A stretch of 63,216 bases of DNA, the filler included, from Ministeria vibrans ATCC 50519 (taxonomy: Eukaryota > Protista > Filasterea), in the NCBI GenBank assembly GCA_943704425.1. It is 5 parts of 5 records of this genome, joined end to end, with 100 filler letters (N's around TTAATTAATTAA, not from the genome) between each part and the next. Parts side by side here need not be neighbours in the genome. Positions count along the whole stretch, not along the records: positions 39,982 to 42,505 come from CALSCP010000149.1; positions 42,606 to 60,654 come from CALSCP010002698.1; 3 more parts are not named here. One strand, written 5' to 3'. Shown here piece after piece: positions 40,338 to 54,500 of this stretch. A model generated the notes under the pieces. The model saw only the letters and a list, made by a program, of their open reading frames with translations, was not told the origin of the DNA and ran no database searches. Every line of letters begins with the position of its first letter. Position 1 is the first letter of the stretch. The position numbers were made by a program, and so were the translations under genes.

Positions 40338-41641
40338 TGGCGAGAGTGTGCAAGGCGCTTGAGATCACACAGTACTCGCGTGTGGAGTTTGTCAAGGACT
40401 ACTGGCACCAGGTGTTTACGGGCATGCTTGACGCCTACCGATCCGGCGTAACTCCCAACCCAGACGTCGTCTGCAATCGCTCGATCAAGTTTGGAAGTTT
40501 GGTGAAGCACCTGAAGAGGCGCTATGCGCACGAGTACACCAACGGCGGCCTCCTGCTCGTGACCGGCCATTACGCTGCCATTGGCACCCTGTCGCCTGAC
40601 GCAGGCCAATTTCTTGGACTCACCGACGACGAGATGCAAAGAGAACGCGAGCACACCGTGCTGTGCACGGCCACCGACATGACCAAGGACCAGACGTACT
40701 TTCTGGCGGGAGTTCAACGGGACATCTTGCTCCCGCCTCCCGACGCGCCACTCCAGATTGCATTTCCCCTGCAGCACATGCGCAAGAGTGAGGTGCGCGA
40801 GTTGGCCAAGCAGCAACACCTGCCCAATGCGTTACGTCGCGAATCCATGGGCATATGCTTTGTGGGCAAACGACGTAAGTTTCGCGAATTTCTCGACGAG
40901 TACATCGAGACAAGTCGCGGTGCCATTGTCGAGATGCCGTCGGGAGAAGTCGTGGGCCACCACAAGGGGGTACACTACTACACGGTGGGTCAGAGTGCGC
41001 GATTGAGCCCGCATCGCATGTATGTGTGTCGCCTCGACGCAGAGCTTCAGCAGGTGCTTGTTGTACGCGACCCACATCATCACCTGATGTACTCACTCAG
41101 CGCCACCCTGCTCGAGTTCAACTGGCTCGTCAGCGACACCGTTGCGCGGCGTGTCCTTGCTTTGCTTCGGCAGCACAGCGATCCCAACCAGCAGCAAGAG
41201 GATGGGGAAATGAAACCTAGTCGATGGAGCTTTGTCGCGCGCTGCCGCCACCGTCAACGCCACGCCCCTGTACGGGCTCTCACACCCTTCCCGAACGAGA
41301 AAGCCACCGCCAGCGACTCAACAACAACAACAACAGCAGCAGCAGAAGCAGCAGCAGAAGCGCCAGTATTTCCCCTACCATCGTTGCCCACACGACTGTC
41401 TATCGAGTTTGCTGATCCTGTCCACAGTGTCGCACCCGGCCAGTTTTGTGCACTCTACCTGTACGATCGTCACGCACGACGCGCCACTGTCTGTCTCGGC
41501 GGCGGCACCCTCGCCTCTACCAATTCACCCAGCCACCCTTTCAGTGCCACTGTCCAGGCTCGGCTGTGGTCAGCTGCTCGCAAGAGCTCAGAAACTCAAC
41601 AGCTGCTCCAGACAAAGATCCATTGTGAAAATACACTGTAA
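40338..41641 (+). CDS. TRMU: tRNA 2-thiouridylase MnmA/TRMU (5' exons missing)
   Basis: TPNPDVVCNRSIKF, TGHYA, KDQTYFL, KSEVRELA, ESMGICFVG, GVHYYTVGQ, VAPGQ, CLGGG. Confidence 0.93.
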
Positions 41642-41703
41642 TATTATTAATAAAGTATTTTACTAAGTTAGTACAAAAACCATAACTGCTGTTGCATGCG
41701 CGA

Positions 41704-42269
41704 CTACTTTCTTAATGCCACCTTGAATACACGAATGTGTACTGCCGAATTACATCGTCGTTGCGTTGTGGGTCTCTAACATACAATAAAATATAAATCA
41801 ATGAATGGATTGTGCAATCGAAAGAGTCTGGAGTGTGCTGTGTATACCTTTCCCTCAGTCTCCACCGAATCTACTAGCTCCACGGTGCTTGTCTGAACCG
41901 AGAGAGCAAGAGTACCCATTCCACGCTCCTCCAGCTGGAGTGCCAGGGTGAGGGAGCGGTTGATGGCGGCACCCATCGCGTGAAAGTACACCTCGGACAG
42001 ACTGAAACACTCGGATGGGATCAGTCAGTGATGCTGGTGCCACCGCGTCCTTCCTCAACTCACCCCGTATCTAGCAGCCGCTGGGCACGCTCAAGGAGAG
42101 CCGGGTAGGCGGTCGAGCGGCTCACATAGAGGTCGTTGGTGCGCGCAGGAAGGCGAACCGGAACGCGCTTGACCAGCACCGAGTAGAGTCGCATGTCGTC
42201 GTCGTCGTCTTCAGCCACTTGCATAGCCCGAGCCCCAGACGAGCCAGAGGTCCTTCCTTGCGTCGACAT
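41704..42269 (-). CDS. POP7: RNase P/MRP subunit Rpp20/POP7 (Alba-like), 3 exons
   Basis: NDLYVSRSTAYPALLERAQRLL, YFHAMGAAINRSLTLAL, TSTVELVD, NSAVHIRVFK. Confidence 0.85.
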
Positions 42270-42605
42270 ATTGAAAGGTGAGCCAACTGACTTTGAGTGT
42301 TGACTGGAACTAAAGTGAAAAGTGCGAAGCGAGTAAGATCAAAAAGTCTCTTTTATTTGCTACACTAAACGGTACGAGTCGTGGATATAGGTGGATATGG
42401 GATTTGGTGGGGTATCTTGGGGCATATCGTGTGATGACCAAGCTCCAATCGCTTTGTCTATGAGCTGACAGGAAAATACCGTGTGCGCACTTTTGGGCCA
42501 TTTGGNNNNNNNNNNNNNNNNNNNNNNNNNNNNNNNNNNNNNNNNNNNNTTAATTAATTAANNNNNNNNNNNNNNNNNNNNNNNNNNNNNNNNNNNNNNN
42601 NNNNN

Positions 42606-42712
<107 letters not shown>

Positions 42713-42721
42713 ATTCTTCAG

Positions 42722-44466
42722 TACGGACTCGAGAGCACTCTGTTAAACATGAAGAGCCCGCTCATAAGGCACAAGTGGACGCGTACAAGCAGGCACACGA
42801 TCAGAGCGAACCGACCGAAACGGAAACTGGCGTCCTCTCCGCTCTGGAAGAAGCACGAAGGAGGAACATTGCGCGCAACGAGGCCCTCTTGGCCTCACTC
42901 AACTTGCCGTCGGCCGCCACATCCAAACCTCCACCGGTTTCGTCGTCCGCCAAAGCACGTCGTAAACGCGATTTCAGTGCCATTCCCAGCACACCGCCAT
43001 CGCGCCGAAGCACCCGTCTTAAGGGTGCTGACCCATCTGAAATCACCCCTGCCATCGCCAGAAGTCCAACGCCGCCACCTCCAACGGTCGTACAAGGACC
43101 CATTTTAGTGCACTCCGATTGGTTCACCACTCTTCTTTCCTCTCCTACACCACAACACACATCCATGCACCAGCCAGACATCCCCATTGGCTCCCTCGCA
43201 CGCGACTTGAGGTACCATACATAGTCATTATATCTTTTCGTTTTACTTTCTTCCTCTCTCACCCTCCTCTCTCTCTCTCTCTGCTCTCTCCTTAGTGCCT
43301 CACTCACTATTCGAGACGATGATCATGCGAAAATTGTCCCGTCGCGTATCCTCTCACTCGCCTTTCTCCCCACATCCGCCTCCTCAATCGTTCTCTTTGC
43401 CGGTGACTTGCACGGCAACGTGGGTGTTCTTGTTGCAGGCGATGGTGCCGACCGAGCAGCACAGCACGCCACTTGGCACGTTCACGTTGGCTCAGTACGC
43501 GGTTTGGTCACCCACAACGACGCACTCTTCACCGCCTCCGACGACGGTTCGGTGCGGCGACTCACGCCCGATCTCTCTCAATTTGATCTCTTCTACCACA
43601 ACGACGATCAACGTCTCGCCTCCATTGCCGCCACTGACGAGCAGTATCGAAAAAATTACACGAAACTGTCCGTCTCTCACCGATTGTTGTTGTTGTTGTT
43701 GTTTTTTTTTTTCTTTTTTTTTCTTTTTTGCAAGTCACTTATTGTGGTTGGGAACGAATGATGGAGATCTTTTCTCTCTTGACACGCGCTCTCCTCGCAC
43801 GGCCGCTGCCCTGAAACACTCGAGCGCACCGCACACCCGCAAGATTGGCTCGCTTGACACTTCGGGAACTTTTCTCGCGACCGCCAGTCACGACGGCACT
43901 GCCTCTCTTTGGTAGAGGAACTCTCTTTTTGTATTATTTTACTCATTTCTTTTGATGGGCCTAGGGACATTCGTATGATGGGGAAAAAGAGCAAGGCGCT
44001 TGCAACGACGGTACACGGTGTCGCCGTCACAGGAGTGTCGTTAAGTCGTACACAGTCACCACATATGTTCATGTGCAGTACTGGTAATGACAATCGTCTG
44101 CGTGTCACTTCGCACGATGGTGGTGCGCGGTCTTCTTCTTCGTCGTCGTCTTCTTCTTCTTCTTCTTCTCCTCTCACGGCCGACGTGGCTCATCGCAATT
44201 TGACCGGCCGTTTTGTATCGAACCTGTGTGCGAAAATTAGTCCACATGATCCACACACATTGCTCGTTGGCGGAACCGATCGAACTGTGGACATCTTCTC
44301 CCTGTCACATCCCAAGCCAACCTCGCTCTCCCTTGTCACTCACAAGCCCCTCTCCCAACCTGACCCTCTCTCCTCCATTCCCGCCATCAACGTGTTCCAC
44401 CCTACCAATCCCTACCTTGTTGCCTCGGGGAATGCCTCAGGAAGAGTCTTTCTCTGGCGCAAATAG
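42722..44466 (+). CDS. WDR76: WDR76/CMR1-like WD40 protein (5' end possibly truncated)
   Basis: LSALEEARRRNIARNEALLASLNL, RRSTRLKG, AKIVPSRILSLAF, LATASHDGTASLW, HRNLTGRFVS, SIPAINVFHP, GNASGRVFLW. Confidence 0.85.
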
Positions 44467-44568
44467 ATGGTGTATACAAAGTGAAAAAAGTAAAAAAAAG
44501 ACAAAAGACATAAATTTACATTACATAATTTATAATTATGTTGGGGAAGGGGATGGACTTTGTCTGTG

Positions 44569-45997
44569 TCAAGCGTCTCCCATCACCACAATGGAATGAC
44601 CCGCTCCAATGCCAATCTGCGTTGCACCCGTCTGCACCACACACTCGGGCGTCATCACATTGGCATTCCCACCACCACCGCACATGCCATGTTCATTCCA
44701 TCCCCACGCAAAAACACTGCCAGTGCGTCGGTCCAGCGCCAACGAATGCTCGGAACCACACACAACAGAACACTCGGTGACGGACCACTCAAAGGGCATC
44801 TCAATGTGCACTGGTGCCCCTGAAAACACCCGCTCACGTCCCACCTTGCTTCTGTCCATCACCACTCCACTATTGCCCAACTGTCCGTAATCCGCACGCC
44901 CCCACGCATACAACATTGCTGGTCCACCGTCACCCTCCACCGACGCCACACAGTGGTTCCATCCGCATGCAATCATCATAATCCTCCCCAAAGTGTGTGT
45001 TGTGGCCTGAAAATCACTCTCATCCCGCATGCGTTGTCCATATTTGTTACACCCACTCGAGAAGAGCGCGTTTCTCTCACGACTCAGTGCCACCGTGTGT
45101 CGATAGCCACAGCACACTTGATCCACTCGCGCATCAAGAATAACTATAAAAAAAAAAATGTAAGTTGTTCTCAAAGAGCTTTCTTCCTTCTAACTTTTCG
45201 TTGGCTCTTCAACGATCGATCCGGCACTCTTCAGTTGTTCTCCAATCTGTCCGTGTTTCGCTTCGCCCCACACAAACAACTCGCCCGCCTCTACCATACA
45301 CAATCGTTTCACAGCCAACGCGCTTTATAAATAAGACTGTTATCTACCCGTAATAGCAGCCGAGTGCCTGAGTCCTGCGTCCACTTGTACCACCTTTCCT
45401 TCAATGGGTATCCTTGTGGGCACGGTGCGAGGCGCAACACCCGGTCCACACTGTCCATAGCGACCCTCTCCAAAGGTCCACACTTGCCCGTGCCCTACAG
45501 ACGCCATTAAACAACGCACCCCTATGTTCGGCTCATCGCACCGTCAATGGCAAGGGAGTGGTTCCATCCACAGGAGACCGAAGTGAACGACGGCACTTCC
45601 TCCTATGCACAAAACATCAGCCCAAACGGGTGGGTCAAAAGAAAGAACCCCCACGTTTCACTACCACTCGTTGAAACATCAAAGAGTCCTTGCTGTGTCC
45701 AATTCCAAGCTGCCCAGACGAATTCCATCCGCAGCTAAAGAGAGAACCGTCGTCTAAAATCTGACTGTGTCAACAAGCGACACAAAAAAAAAACTCCCCG
45801 TTTGCACCTTTCAAGAGAAGCGTATGGCCTGCACCGCCACACACTTGACGAACCCCCTCCACATCAACGCGTGCACCCACAGCTTCGACGTCTTCGCGAT
45901 CGCCTGTGCTCAGTTGGCCATGGCTATTGGCTCCCTATGCGTGCGCACCGATGAGCCCAAGCCCACAGACACCACCGACACGTACCCACGCTAGCAT
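44569..45997 (-). CDS. RCC1-repeat protein, SERGEF/DelGEF-like
   Basis: MLAW|GANSHGQL, CGGAGHTL, CGYRHTV, ACGWNH, WGRADYGQLG, CGSEHSL, WGWNEHGMCG. Confidence 0.85.
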
Positions 45998-46101
45998 CCC
46001 CTTTCGCTTCCTAACTCCTGCGTCCAGTGCAAAGTGGAAGAAAGAAGAAAAAAAAAATATTCACTTTACTGGAAAATTTCAAACAGTATTATTATCAATT
46101 T

Positions 46102-47924
46102 ATGGCGGAGGAGGTGGACTTTGTTGTCCACCCCCCTGCTGCTCTTGATGATGATGACGACGACGATCGCGCTGTAGAACTGGCGCTGTTTCGCGTGCTA
46201 CAGCCCATGACGGACGCGTCCCACCCAATGCCTGTTCACGACGCAATCGCAGCAGCATCGCGCAGCGAACGCAACCGGCATGGCGAGCGCGTCAATGTGG
46301 ACTGGGTTAGGGTTGCTGAGACTCTCGCACGACCCACAGCAGTGGCGTTTCAAGGCCAATTGCAAATGTATCAAAGATGAAAAAAAGTGCGTCCACCGAA
46401 ATCACTCTCACTTCTCTCTTGGGACAGGTGGCCTCGCGTGTTAACGCTGCCTCTGAGGCTACAACGACAACTGCTCTCGTGGGCATCCCACGGAAGCACA
46501 CGGCTGTTCGGCGACGCAAGCGAACGCGCCATGTACGCCAGTTTGTCGGCGTGTCGAGCGGATGCGTGGTGTGCCGTGCTGCTTGACGCCTGGAAACGCG
46601 CCATGTACTCGGACGACCATCGTAGCGGGGAGCCTGGGGATGTGCCTTGCTTGTGGAACGACCTTGCGTGTGCTGGCGACACGTTCAAGAAGACTTGTGA
46701 GCGACTGCGCGCCAAACCAAGTGGAACCAGCGCTTGGCTTGCCGACACTGCCGCAACGTTTGCTGGAGAGCACTCGCTTCAAAGTGACAACCACAACGAC
46801 GACGACAATGATGATGACAACGAGAACAACAACAGGAGCGACGATGAGCACGTTGCAACTCAGTCCATGGCACACAGTCAGCCGCAGCACGAAAGTCCTC
46901 TTACACGTCTGTCGCAGCGCATGACCCGCGCCAGTGAACCCACTGCGTCACAACCAATGCTTTTTGTGTCATCATCCCAGCAACTTGCCACTGGTGGTGA
47001 AGCAGAAGAGGACGCTAGCAGTGATGACGACAACCTACTTGACGATGACATGCACTCCCTCACCTGTGTGAGTGCCGACACGCAACGCAAAATGAACTGT
47101 CTCGTCAACGAAGTCTGGTCCGTTGAGCGCCTCTCATCACCCAACGAGTCCCTTTCTACTCCGCACCAAGAAGCAATCCAAGTGCTCTGCGAACTCACTG
47201 TGACTGCCACTCAGCGGCTCTGCCATCGCCTCGCCCTCCCCTCTCTCTCTGATCCAGCCACTGCCTCCGTTTGTGCGCATGTAGTCGCTGCCCCCATGGA
47301 CCCCAGTCTTGCCACAATGACTCTCTTCTTTGAAGCGCTCTTTTGCCCAAAGGTCTGAAATCAAATTGTGTGCGTAAAATACGAGTCTTGTCGATCAGTA
47401 TGCGTATCAAGTCACGAGCTGATATCACAATTCTTCTTCTTTCAAAAAATCTGTAGATTTGTGCACTGACTCAGACTGCTTCGCGATCTCTCTTTGCGGC
47501 ACTCGCCAATGCGACTGGAAAGTACCCTTTGGCAGTCGTTCAAGGAGTCCTTATTTCTGTCGTGTCGTCTCCTTCGTTTGGTACACACTCATTACCTGTA
47601 CTCTTTCGAACTCTCTCAAACTCATTAATAGGAAACTTTCAATCGGTTTTTGTGAGCAAAACTGTGAGAGAAACACTCACGAGCGACACGCAAAAAGTAT
47701 TTTGTGAGCGCTTTCTGCAATGGCTCTCACAACAACAACAAATCAATGAGTCAATCAGTGTTCATTTTATTCCTCTTTTTGACGCTTTTGTCAACGTGAG
47801 TGCTTTGCGCCTGAGTGATCTTTCGCTCTTTGTTTCCATTCTCAAAGACTTTTCCTCTCTCTTTGTCTCTGTTTTGCCCTTTGGCAAAGTTTTGTTGGCC
47901 TTTCTCAAGAAATACCGCTCAGAA
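46102..47924 (+). CDS. FANCE: Fanconi anemia group E-like protein (3' end lost in gap)
   Basis: LFCPKICALTQTASRSLFAALANATGKYPLAVVQGVLISVV..FG matches the FANCE C-terminal repeat. FGKVLLAFLKKY. Confidence 0.7.
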
Positions 47925-48069
47925 GTAAGATCAATCTCAATTTCACTTCAATCCATTCAATACCATCTCTATCACTTTGTTTCTCTCTCTCTCTATCACT
48001 TTGTTTCTCTCTCTCTCTATCACTTTGTTTTCTCTCTCTCTCTATCACTTTGTGTCTTTCTCCCTCCTC

Positions 48070-48124
<55 letters not shown>

Positions 48125-48141
48125 CTTTGTGTCTTTCTCCC

Positions 48142-48191
<50 letters not shown>

Positions 48192-49073
48192 ATTTATTTC
48201 TTTCTTTCCCTCTCTCTCTNNNNNNNNNNNNNNNNNNNNNNNNNNNNNNNNNNNNNNNNNNNNNNNNNNNNNNNNNNNNNNNNNNNNNNNNNNNNNNNNN
48301 NNNNNNNNNNNNNNNNNNNNNNNNNNNNNNNNNNNNNNNNNNNNNNNNNNNNNNNNNNNNNNNNNNNNNNNNNNNNNNNNNNNNNNNNNNNNNNNNNNNN
48401 NNNNNNNNNNNNNNNNNNNNNNNNNNNNNNNNNNNNNNNNNNNNNNNNNNNNNNNNNNNNNNNNNNNNNNNNNNNNNNNNNNNNNNNNNNNNNNNNNNNN
48501 NNNNNNNNNNNNNNNNNNNNNNNNNNNNNNNNNNNNNNNNNNNNNNNNNNNNNNNNNNNNNNNNNNNNNNNNNNNNNNNNNNNNNNNNNNNNNNNNNNNN
48601 NNNNNNNNNNNNNNNNNNNNNNNNNNNNNNNNNNNNNNNNNNNNNNNNNNNNNNNNNNNNNNNNNNNNNNNNNNNNNNNNNNNNNNNNNNNNNNNNNNNN
48701 NNNNNNNNNNNNNNNNNNNNNNNNNNNNNNNNNNNNNNNNNNNNNNNNNNNNNNNNNNNNNNNNNNNNNNNNNNNNNNNNNNNNNNNNNNNNNNNNNNNN
48801 NNNNNNNNNNNNNNNNNNNNNNNNNNNNNNNNNNNNNNNNNNNNNNNNNNNNNNNNNNNNNNNNNNNNNNNNNNNNNNNNNNNNNNNNNNNNNNNNNNNN
48901 NNNNNNNNNNNNNNNNNNNNNNNNNNNNNNNNNNNNNNNNNNNNNNNNNNNNNNNNNNNNNNNNNNNNNNNNNNNNNNNNNNNNNNNNNNNNNNNNNNNN
49001 NNNNNNNNNNNNNNNNNAAAAAAAAAAACACCGCCCCAGTGAGTAAACATACACAAAATCGACAGACATTGCC

Positions 49074-51313
49074 TTATACCTTTTCGCGTTGACCACCAAA
49101 GAGATAGAGCAAACGCGACTTGGAATCAAAGGTCATTGAGTGGCCAATGGATGCCTTCAAAGGAGTGCGATTGGCGGAAGTGGTGAGAGTAGTAGCAGCA
49201 GGATCCACAGCAGTTGATGTAGAGAGTGTTGGATAGTCAGAAGCAAGCGGGAGGGGCGTGTTGTCGTGGCACACGGTGTGCCATTTGCGCGTGGCACAGT
49301 CGAACATGAACAGCCCGCTGTAGTCGGGATTGCTTGGCGTCGGGTTGGATGTTGACGAAGGGTTGTGAGAGGGGTCGACGAGACGACCGCCAAAGACAAA
49401 GAGTGTGTTCTTAAGTGGATCGTGACACATTTGGTGGTCGTAGATGAGCGCGGGTCCTCCTTCGGCGCGCGTGTCAGATGAGATGCGCTCCCACACGTTC
49501 GTCTTGAGGTCGTAGCAGTAGAAGTCGCTGCGCAACGTCTGTGGATTGCGCAGTTCGGGGTCGACAAAGCGACCCAGCACATAGAGCAACTGTCGCTCTT
49601 CGTCAAGACACACTCGATGGCACGAGCGTGGCGACGGTCCGCCCTGTTCCTCCATCCGAGCACTCAGCAATCTCCAGCGGTTCTCATCAATCGAATACAC
49701 CCACATGTCCCCCAGCTCGTTTGCACCGTCCCATCCACCCACCAACACCAGGCTGTTCGTGCACTGCGACAACACCATCTGGTGACCCCCACGCATCCCT
49801 GGTCGCTCACGTGCAGCCGCTCCTTGCCCATCCGCCCCCAAGGGCACCAATCGCGTCCACTTCAGTGTGTAAGGCAGTCCTCGGATGTGCTCGTTAAACA
49901 GCTGTGCCTCGCACGCCTCCTCCATAATACGCTCTGCCGCGTCATAGTCCCCGTTCATCACAATGTGCCGATGCAGTTCTGTCAGCGACGCATGTTCGAG
50001 TGTTTGCTAGGCGAACATAAGAAGAAGAAAAAAAAAGAAGACAGACAAACAACCTCAGCTCACCCAAAAAAAATGTACCAGACGACGCAAACAAATAACA
50101 ACAAACAACATACAACAAACAAATATAAATTATATACATATATTATAATTATATTATATAATTATATATATTGTCTCCTTTGCTCTTCTCCTTTTCATAC
50201 CTGTGTTTCACGTTGCAATGCTTCAAAAGCCTCCGAGTAGTTTCGTTGACGGAAGTGTTTGAGGCAGAGGCGAATGATTTCTGCCTCACGATGACGCTCG
50301 TAGTCATCCATGACACGCTTCACCACTTGATCATCGGCGACGCCATTCACTTGCACGTACCACACGCTAAAGTTGAAGTTGGCTCCGTGCGCCGAGATGG
50401 GCTTGATGCGCAGATAGCGCAGGGGAAACGCCGCGCCGTTTGCCTTGTGTTTCACTGGAAACACTTCGCTCTCGTTGTCGTTGGCCAGACCCCCATGCAG
50501 CAACTCCACCATGTTGTCGGGTGTGAGTCCGCCAAAAATCTACAAAAATGGAGTGCAAAATGAGATGTTGAGGGCTGGTGGTGTGTATAAAATAATAAGT
50601 GTGTATGTTGTCAATGTGATGTGCGTATGGTCTATGTGTATATATGTATGTATGTGTTTGTGATAAATGTTTTTGTAGTGCGTGTGTGTATGCATGCGTG
50701 GCGTGTGCGCGCTGCGGTGTGTGTGTGTGTGTGTGTGTATGTGTGTGGGACAAGTTCGAGGTGTCAAGTGGTGCACTCACTTTGAATTCTTTCAAGTTGC
50801 ACACATGCGGTTTGTAGTACTTGCCAAAGAGTACAGAGTGCACAATGGCGGGACGGTCCAGCTTGATGGTGATGAACTGCAAGTGGTTGTTGACGCCCGA
50901 CGACCATCGACTGCCTTGGTCGTTTGGGTTTTCGACCTACAAACCGTTACGGAAAAAAGCGTTTCAAACCATTCAATGGACCTAAACGCATCTCGCGCGC
51001 CCCAACTCGCTCGAGGGTAGCTCCAAAAGAGGCGCACCCATGCCCAGGGCACCTTGGCCAGGCGCATAGACGGTGTCTTACGGCGATTTTCTCAGGATGA
51101 TACGACGCACTAAAACTGCTCCAGTCGTGAATGGTGTAGGGGATCTTCTCGGCCACTTCCTCCTGAAACACAAGCGGGTGTTTAGCGCCAGCATGGGTTT
51201 GAGAGAGCCGAGCGTCGCTTAGACAGTCGGTGTGGGTTGTTTGAAGAGTGTTTGAGGTGATGGACCTGATCCAGCTCGTGCGCGTGATCACACGTCGCCA
51301 TAGCAGATTCCAT
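49074..51313 (-). CDS. MKLN1: Muskelin (discoidin, LisH, CTLH, kelch); 3' part lost in gap
   Basis: YTIHDWSSFSASYHPEKI, SRWSS, FGKYYKPHVCNLKEFK, IRLCLKHFRQ, PGMRGGHQM, GPSPRSCH, GGPALIYDHQM. Confidence 0.93.
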
Positions 51314-51520
51314 AGCGAAATGGTGATGCTAGTCAGTAGTCTGCAGAGATTGGTTAAAACTTAATAATAATTATGTCTTATGAAAATATATGGAGTGAAG
51401 AGTTTTCATTTTTTAATATTCATAGTGTGCCGAAGAAACTCTTAAATTTTATTGATTCTCTTTTCGTATTCACAATCAGCTAATATACTTAGATTCATTT
51501 GTACACGTTTGGTTCCTTTT

Positions 51521-54500
51521 TCAGTCCCTATGGTGATGCACTACACCATTGCGCGCACTGTGACACTGCATGACAGCGAGACGTGCCCCGATGGTGCCCG
51601 CCAGTGACGCTTGCTGTGAGGGGATGGGTTTGAGTGAGCTTGGCGGTGGAAGAAGTTCGCCAGAGGGTGAGCGGTGAGGGAAGGAGTGCAAGAGACGGCC
51701 ACTGCGCGTGTTGTAGACAAGCGTGTGGCTGGTCGAGGTGCACACAAGCGTGGAGTCGTTGCTGGGCGGTGAAAGTGACTTGGTTGCGTTGTGCGTGCTG
51801 CTGCTGCTGCTGCTGCTGTTGCTGCTGTTGCTGCCATTCGACGAACCCAACAGGTGGAGCGAGGGCGAGAAGGCGGCAAAATGATGGAGGGGACGACCGG
51901 AACGACGATGCCACAGACGCACTGAACCATCAATGGAACTGGTCGCGATCACATGGGTGCCCGCCTGGACGCAAAGCACCGTGTCGGTGTGGCCCTTGAG
52001 CACATGCACGAGTGCCCCAGTGCGAGTGGAGCACACCCGCACAAGACCCTCTGCATCGCCACTAACCACCTGTCCGTTGTTGGTGCACAGCGCAGTCACA
52101 TTAGACGCATGGCCATAGAGAGTCAATGTACATCGCTGCTGAACAACATCAATAACATTCACCGAGCCATCCTGTGAGCCAGAACACGCCAAACGCGCCC
52201 CGTCCAACGCAAGTACAGTCACCGCCTGACGGTGTCGTGCCATGGTTGCATGCTCATACTCACACGACGCCGCATCACACCACCACAGATTGATGGCCCC
52301 ATCAACGCCACCCGTCACAAAGATGCCCGTCTCCCTCGCAGCTTCCACACGCTTCACCGTCGCCAGCTCAACCGGGAGCACCGCCTGACGCTGCACCTCA
52401 AAGTAGTCTGCATACACAGCCGACGACTCAATGCAAGTAATGCCCCCGCCAACATGCGCACGCTTCATTTGCCACGGGCAGTCCAGCACCCCCTGAAGAA
52501 GCTGCTCCATCTGCCACACACAGAGGGTGCCGTCGCTCGTGCCCACCGCCAGCGCCCCGCCAATCATCTTCAGCGACCAAATGGACTCATGCGAGTGCCC
52601 CAGAAAGCTAACCAGCGGTGCACCCACCTCGCACCCGTCGCTCACATTACTGTCGCTGCCGTACAGCTCCCACAGCGCCACGGTACGATCAAGTGACGCA
52701 GTAGCCGCAAAAGTACGTCCAGCCATGTCACCTGACGAGTCCACGTCCACCGAAAGACACTCAATGTCCATGGTGTGCGCGGCAGGCGCAAGCGGGATCA
52801 TCTCAAACACACTGTCTGCGTCGGTCCACGGTGGACATGCGGTATCGACCGCCAGCGTGCCGTCACCGTCAAAGATCATGCCCCCAGGCGTGACCGATCC
52901 TGCAGTGGACGCGGCGGCAAGAGCAATGACAAGACACACAACAAGAATGGCAAGAACAATCACAGTCAGCACCGGATTGTAAGTGGTGAGGCGCTGCGCG
53001 ACATCATATACATAATGAGACCAGGTCGCATTGACATTGCTAGGCCGTACAAGCGGACGATGCGATGACGAAAGTGTCGTGGCCGGTCTCAGGTGAGAGA
53101 GTAAAGGAGCAGATGGCAGATGCGATGATAAAGACGACGGCGCAGCAGCCGGTTCAGAGGCACGTAGGGTGTCTGTTTGATGTCGCTGCTGCTGCTGTTG
53201 TTGTGATCGCGGCTGAGAGTCATTGCTGCTGCGAGTACGTTGATTGTTCTCTGTGGCAACTTCACCACCACCACCGTCAATCGTCAGGGTTGTCGTGAGA
53301 CCCACGGCACTGTGAGCGGTAGGCAAGACATCGACAAAACGCGAGTACATGTCGACACGCAAGTGTGAATGAAGTAGACGCCACATTGAGTACGAGGGTT
53401 CACTCGACGCTCCGTGCACGCCGCCATTCTGCTGCTGTTGAGCCTCGACAGCCATCTGCTGGTACACTCCAAAGGCAACGGCAGCACCCATGCACACCAA
53501 AACAATGACCGTCTTCGCAATGAGCGGATCCAAACAAATACTTCGAATGACACTCACATCGGGATTCTCATCGAGATCCACCACGTCTCCATGCCACACA
53601 GTCAGGCGCGGTCCATCACGACGACGCACCACCGAGTCGGCCATTCCTCTACCTGTCGCTGTCGCATCATCAGTCCCATTGGTGGACTCGCTTCCGTTCG
53701 AGCGAACGCTGTTGTCGCTGTCCGAGTCAGTCGCCGGCCCGTTTGCATACGATTTGATCATTCCTGCCAAATCAGTCTGCGACTGAATGCGATCGCCCAT
53801 CATTGGCTTGCGCAAGTGCAAATCGTTCAACTATGCACAAACACACACACACACAAAAAAAAAAAAAAAGTTAAGTGTTTGCTCTCAGCGTTGGTGTGGC
53901 ACGCAATTACTTCCAGTCGACGAATGTCAATGGAGAGAACCGTCGCAAAGAAGGTACACTGTAGAAAGAAATCGGCCAAAACACCGATGGTCGCAAACAG
54001 ACAGAATTCCTAGGAAACGGAAGAGATGAGCATACACTGTTGAGATGAATGAGACGTCGTTTGACGTACTCTGAGTGCATCAATGCTGGTCAGTGAGCCA
54101 ACGACGAAGACAGTGAGGTGAGTAAGAAGGCCCATTGTAATGCGCACACCAACGTGAGAGAGACCGTGAGCAATGCGCTCGCGCACGGGCAAGTCAATGC
54201 TGGTCGCCACAACGCCATTCGTGAGCACAAAGATGTTGTCGACGCCAATGGCAATCACAAGAAATGGAATGATTTCACTGTATGGAGGAAATCGGGAAAG
54301 GTGAGAAGTAGAGGAGAGACAACCAATGCTATCTTTCGCTTACACTGCCATGAGAGTGGAAGTGGTGCCGAAAAAGGTGCAGATGCCGACTGAAGAGAGC
54401 ATGGAGCAGAAGACAGTGAAGACGGCCGTGAACCCCAGACCGTATTTACTGCGCACCATATGGAACTTGCCCACTGAAAAGGAAATGTAGAGGGCAACAA

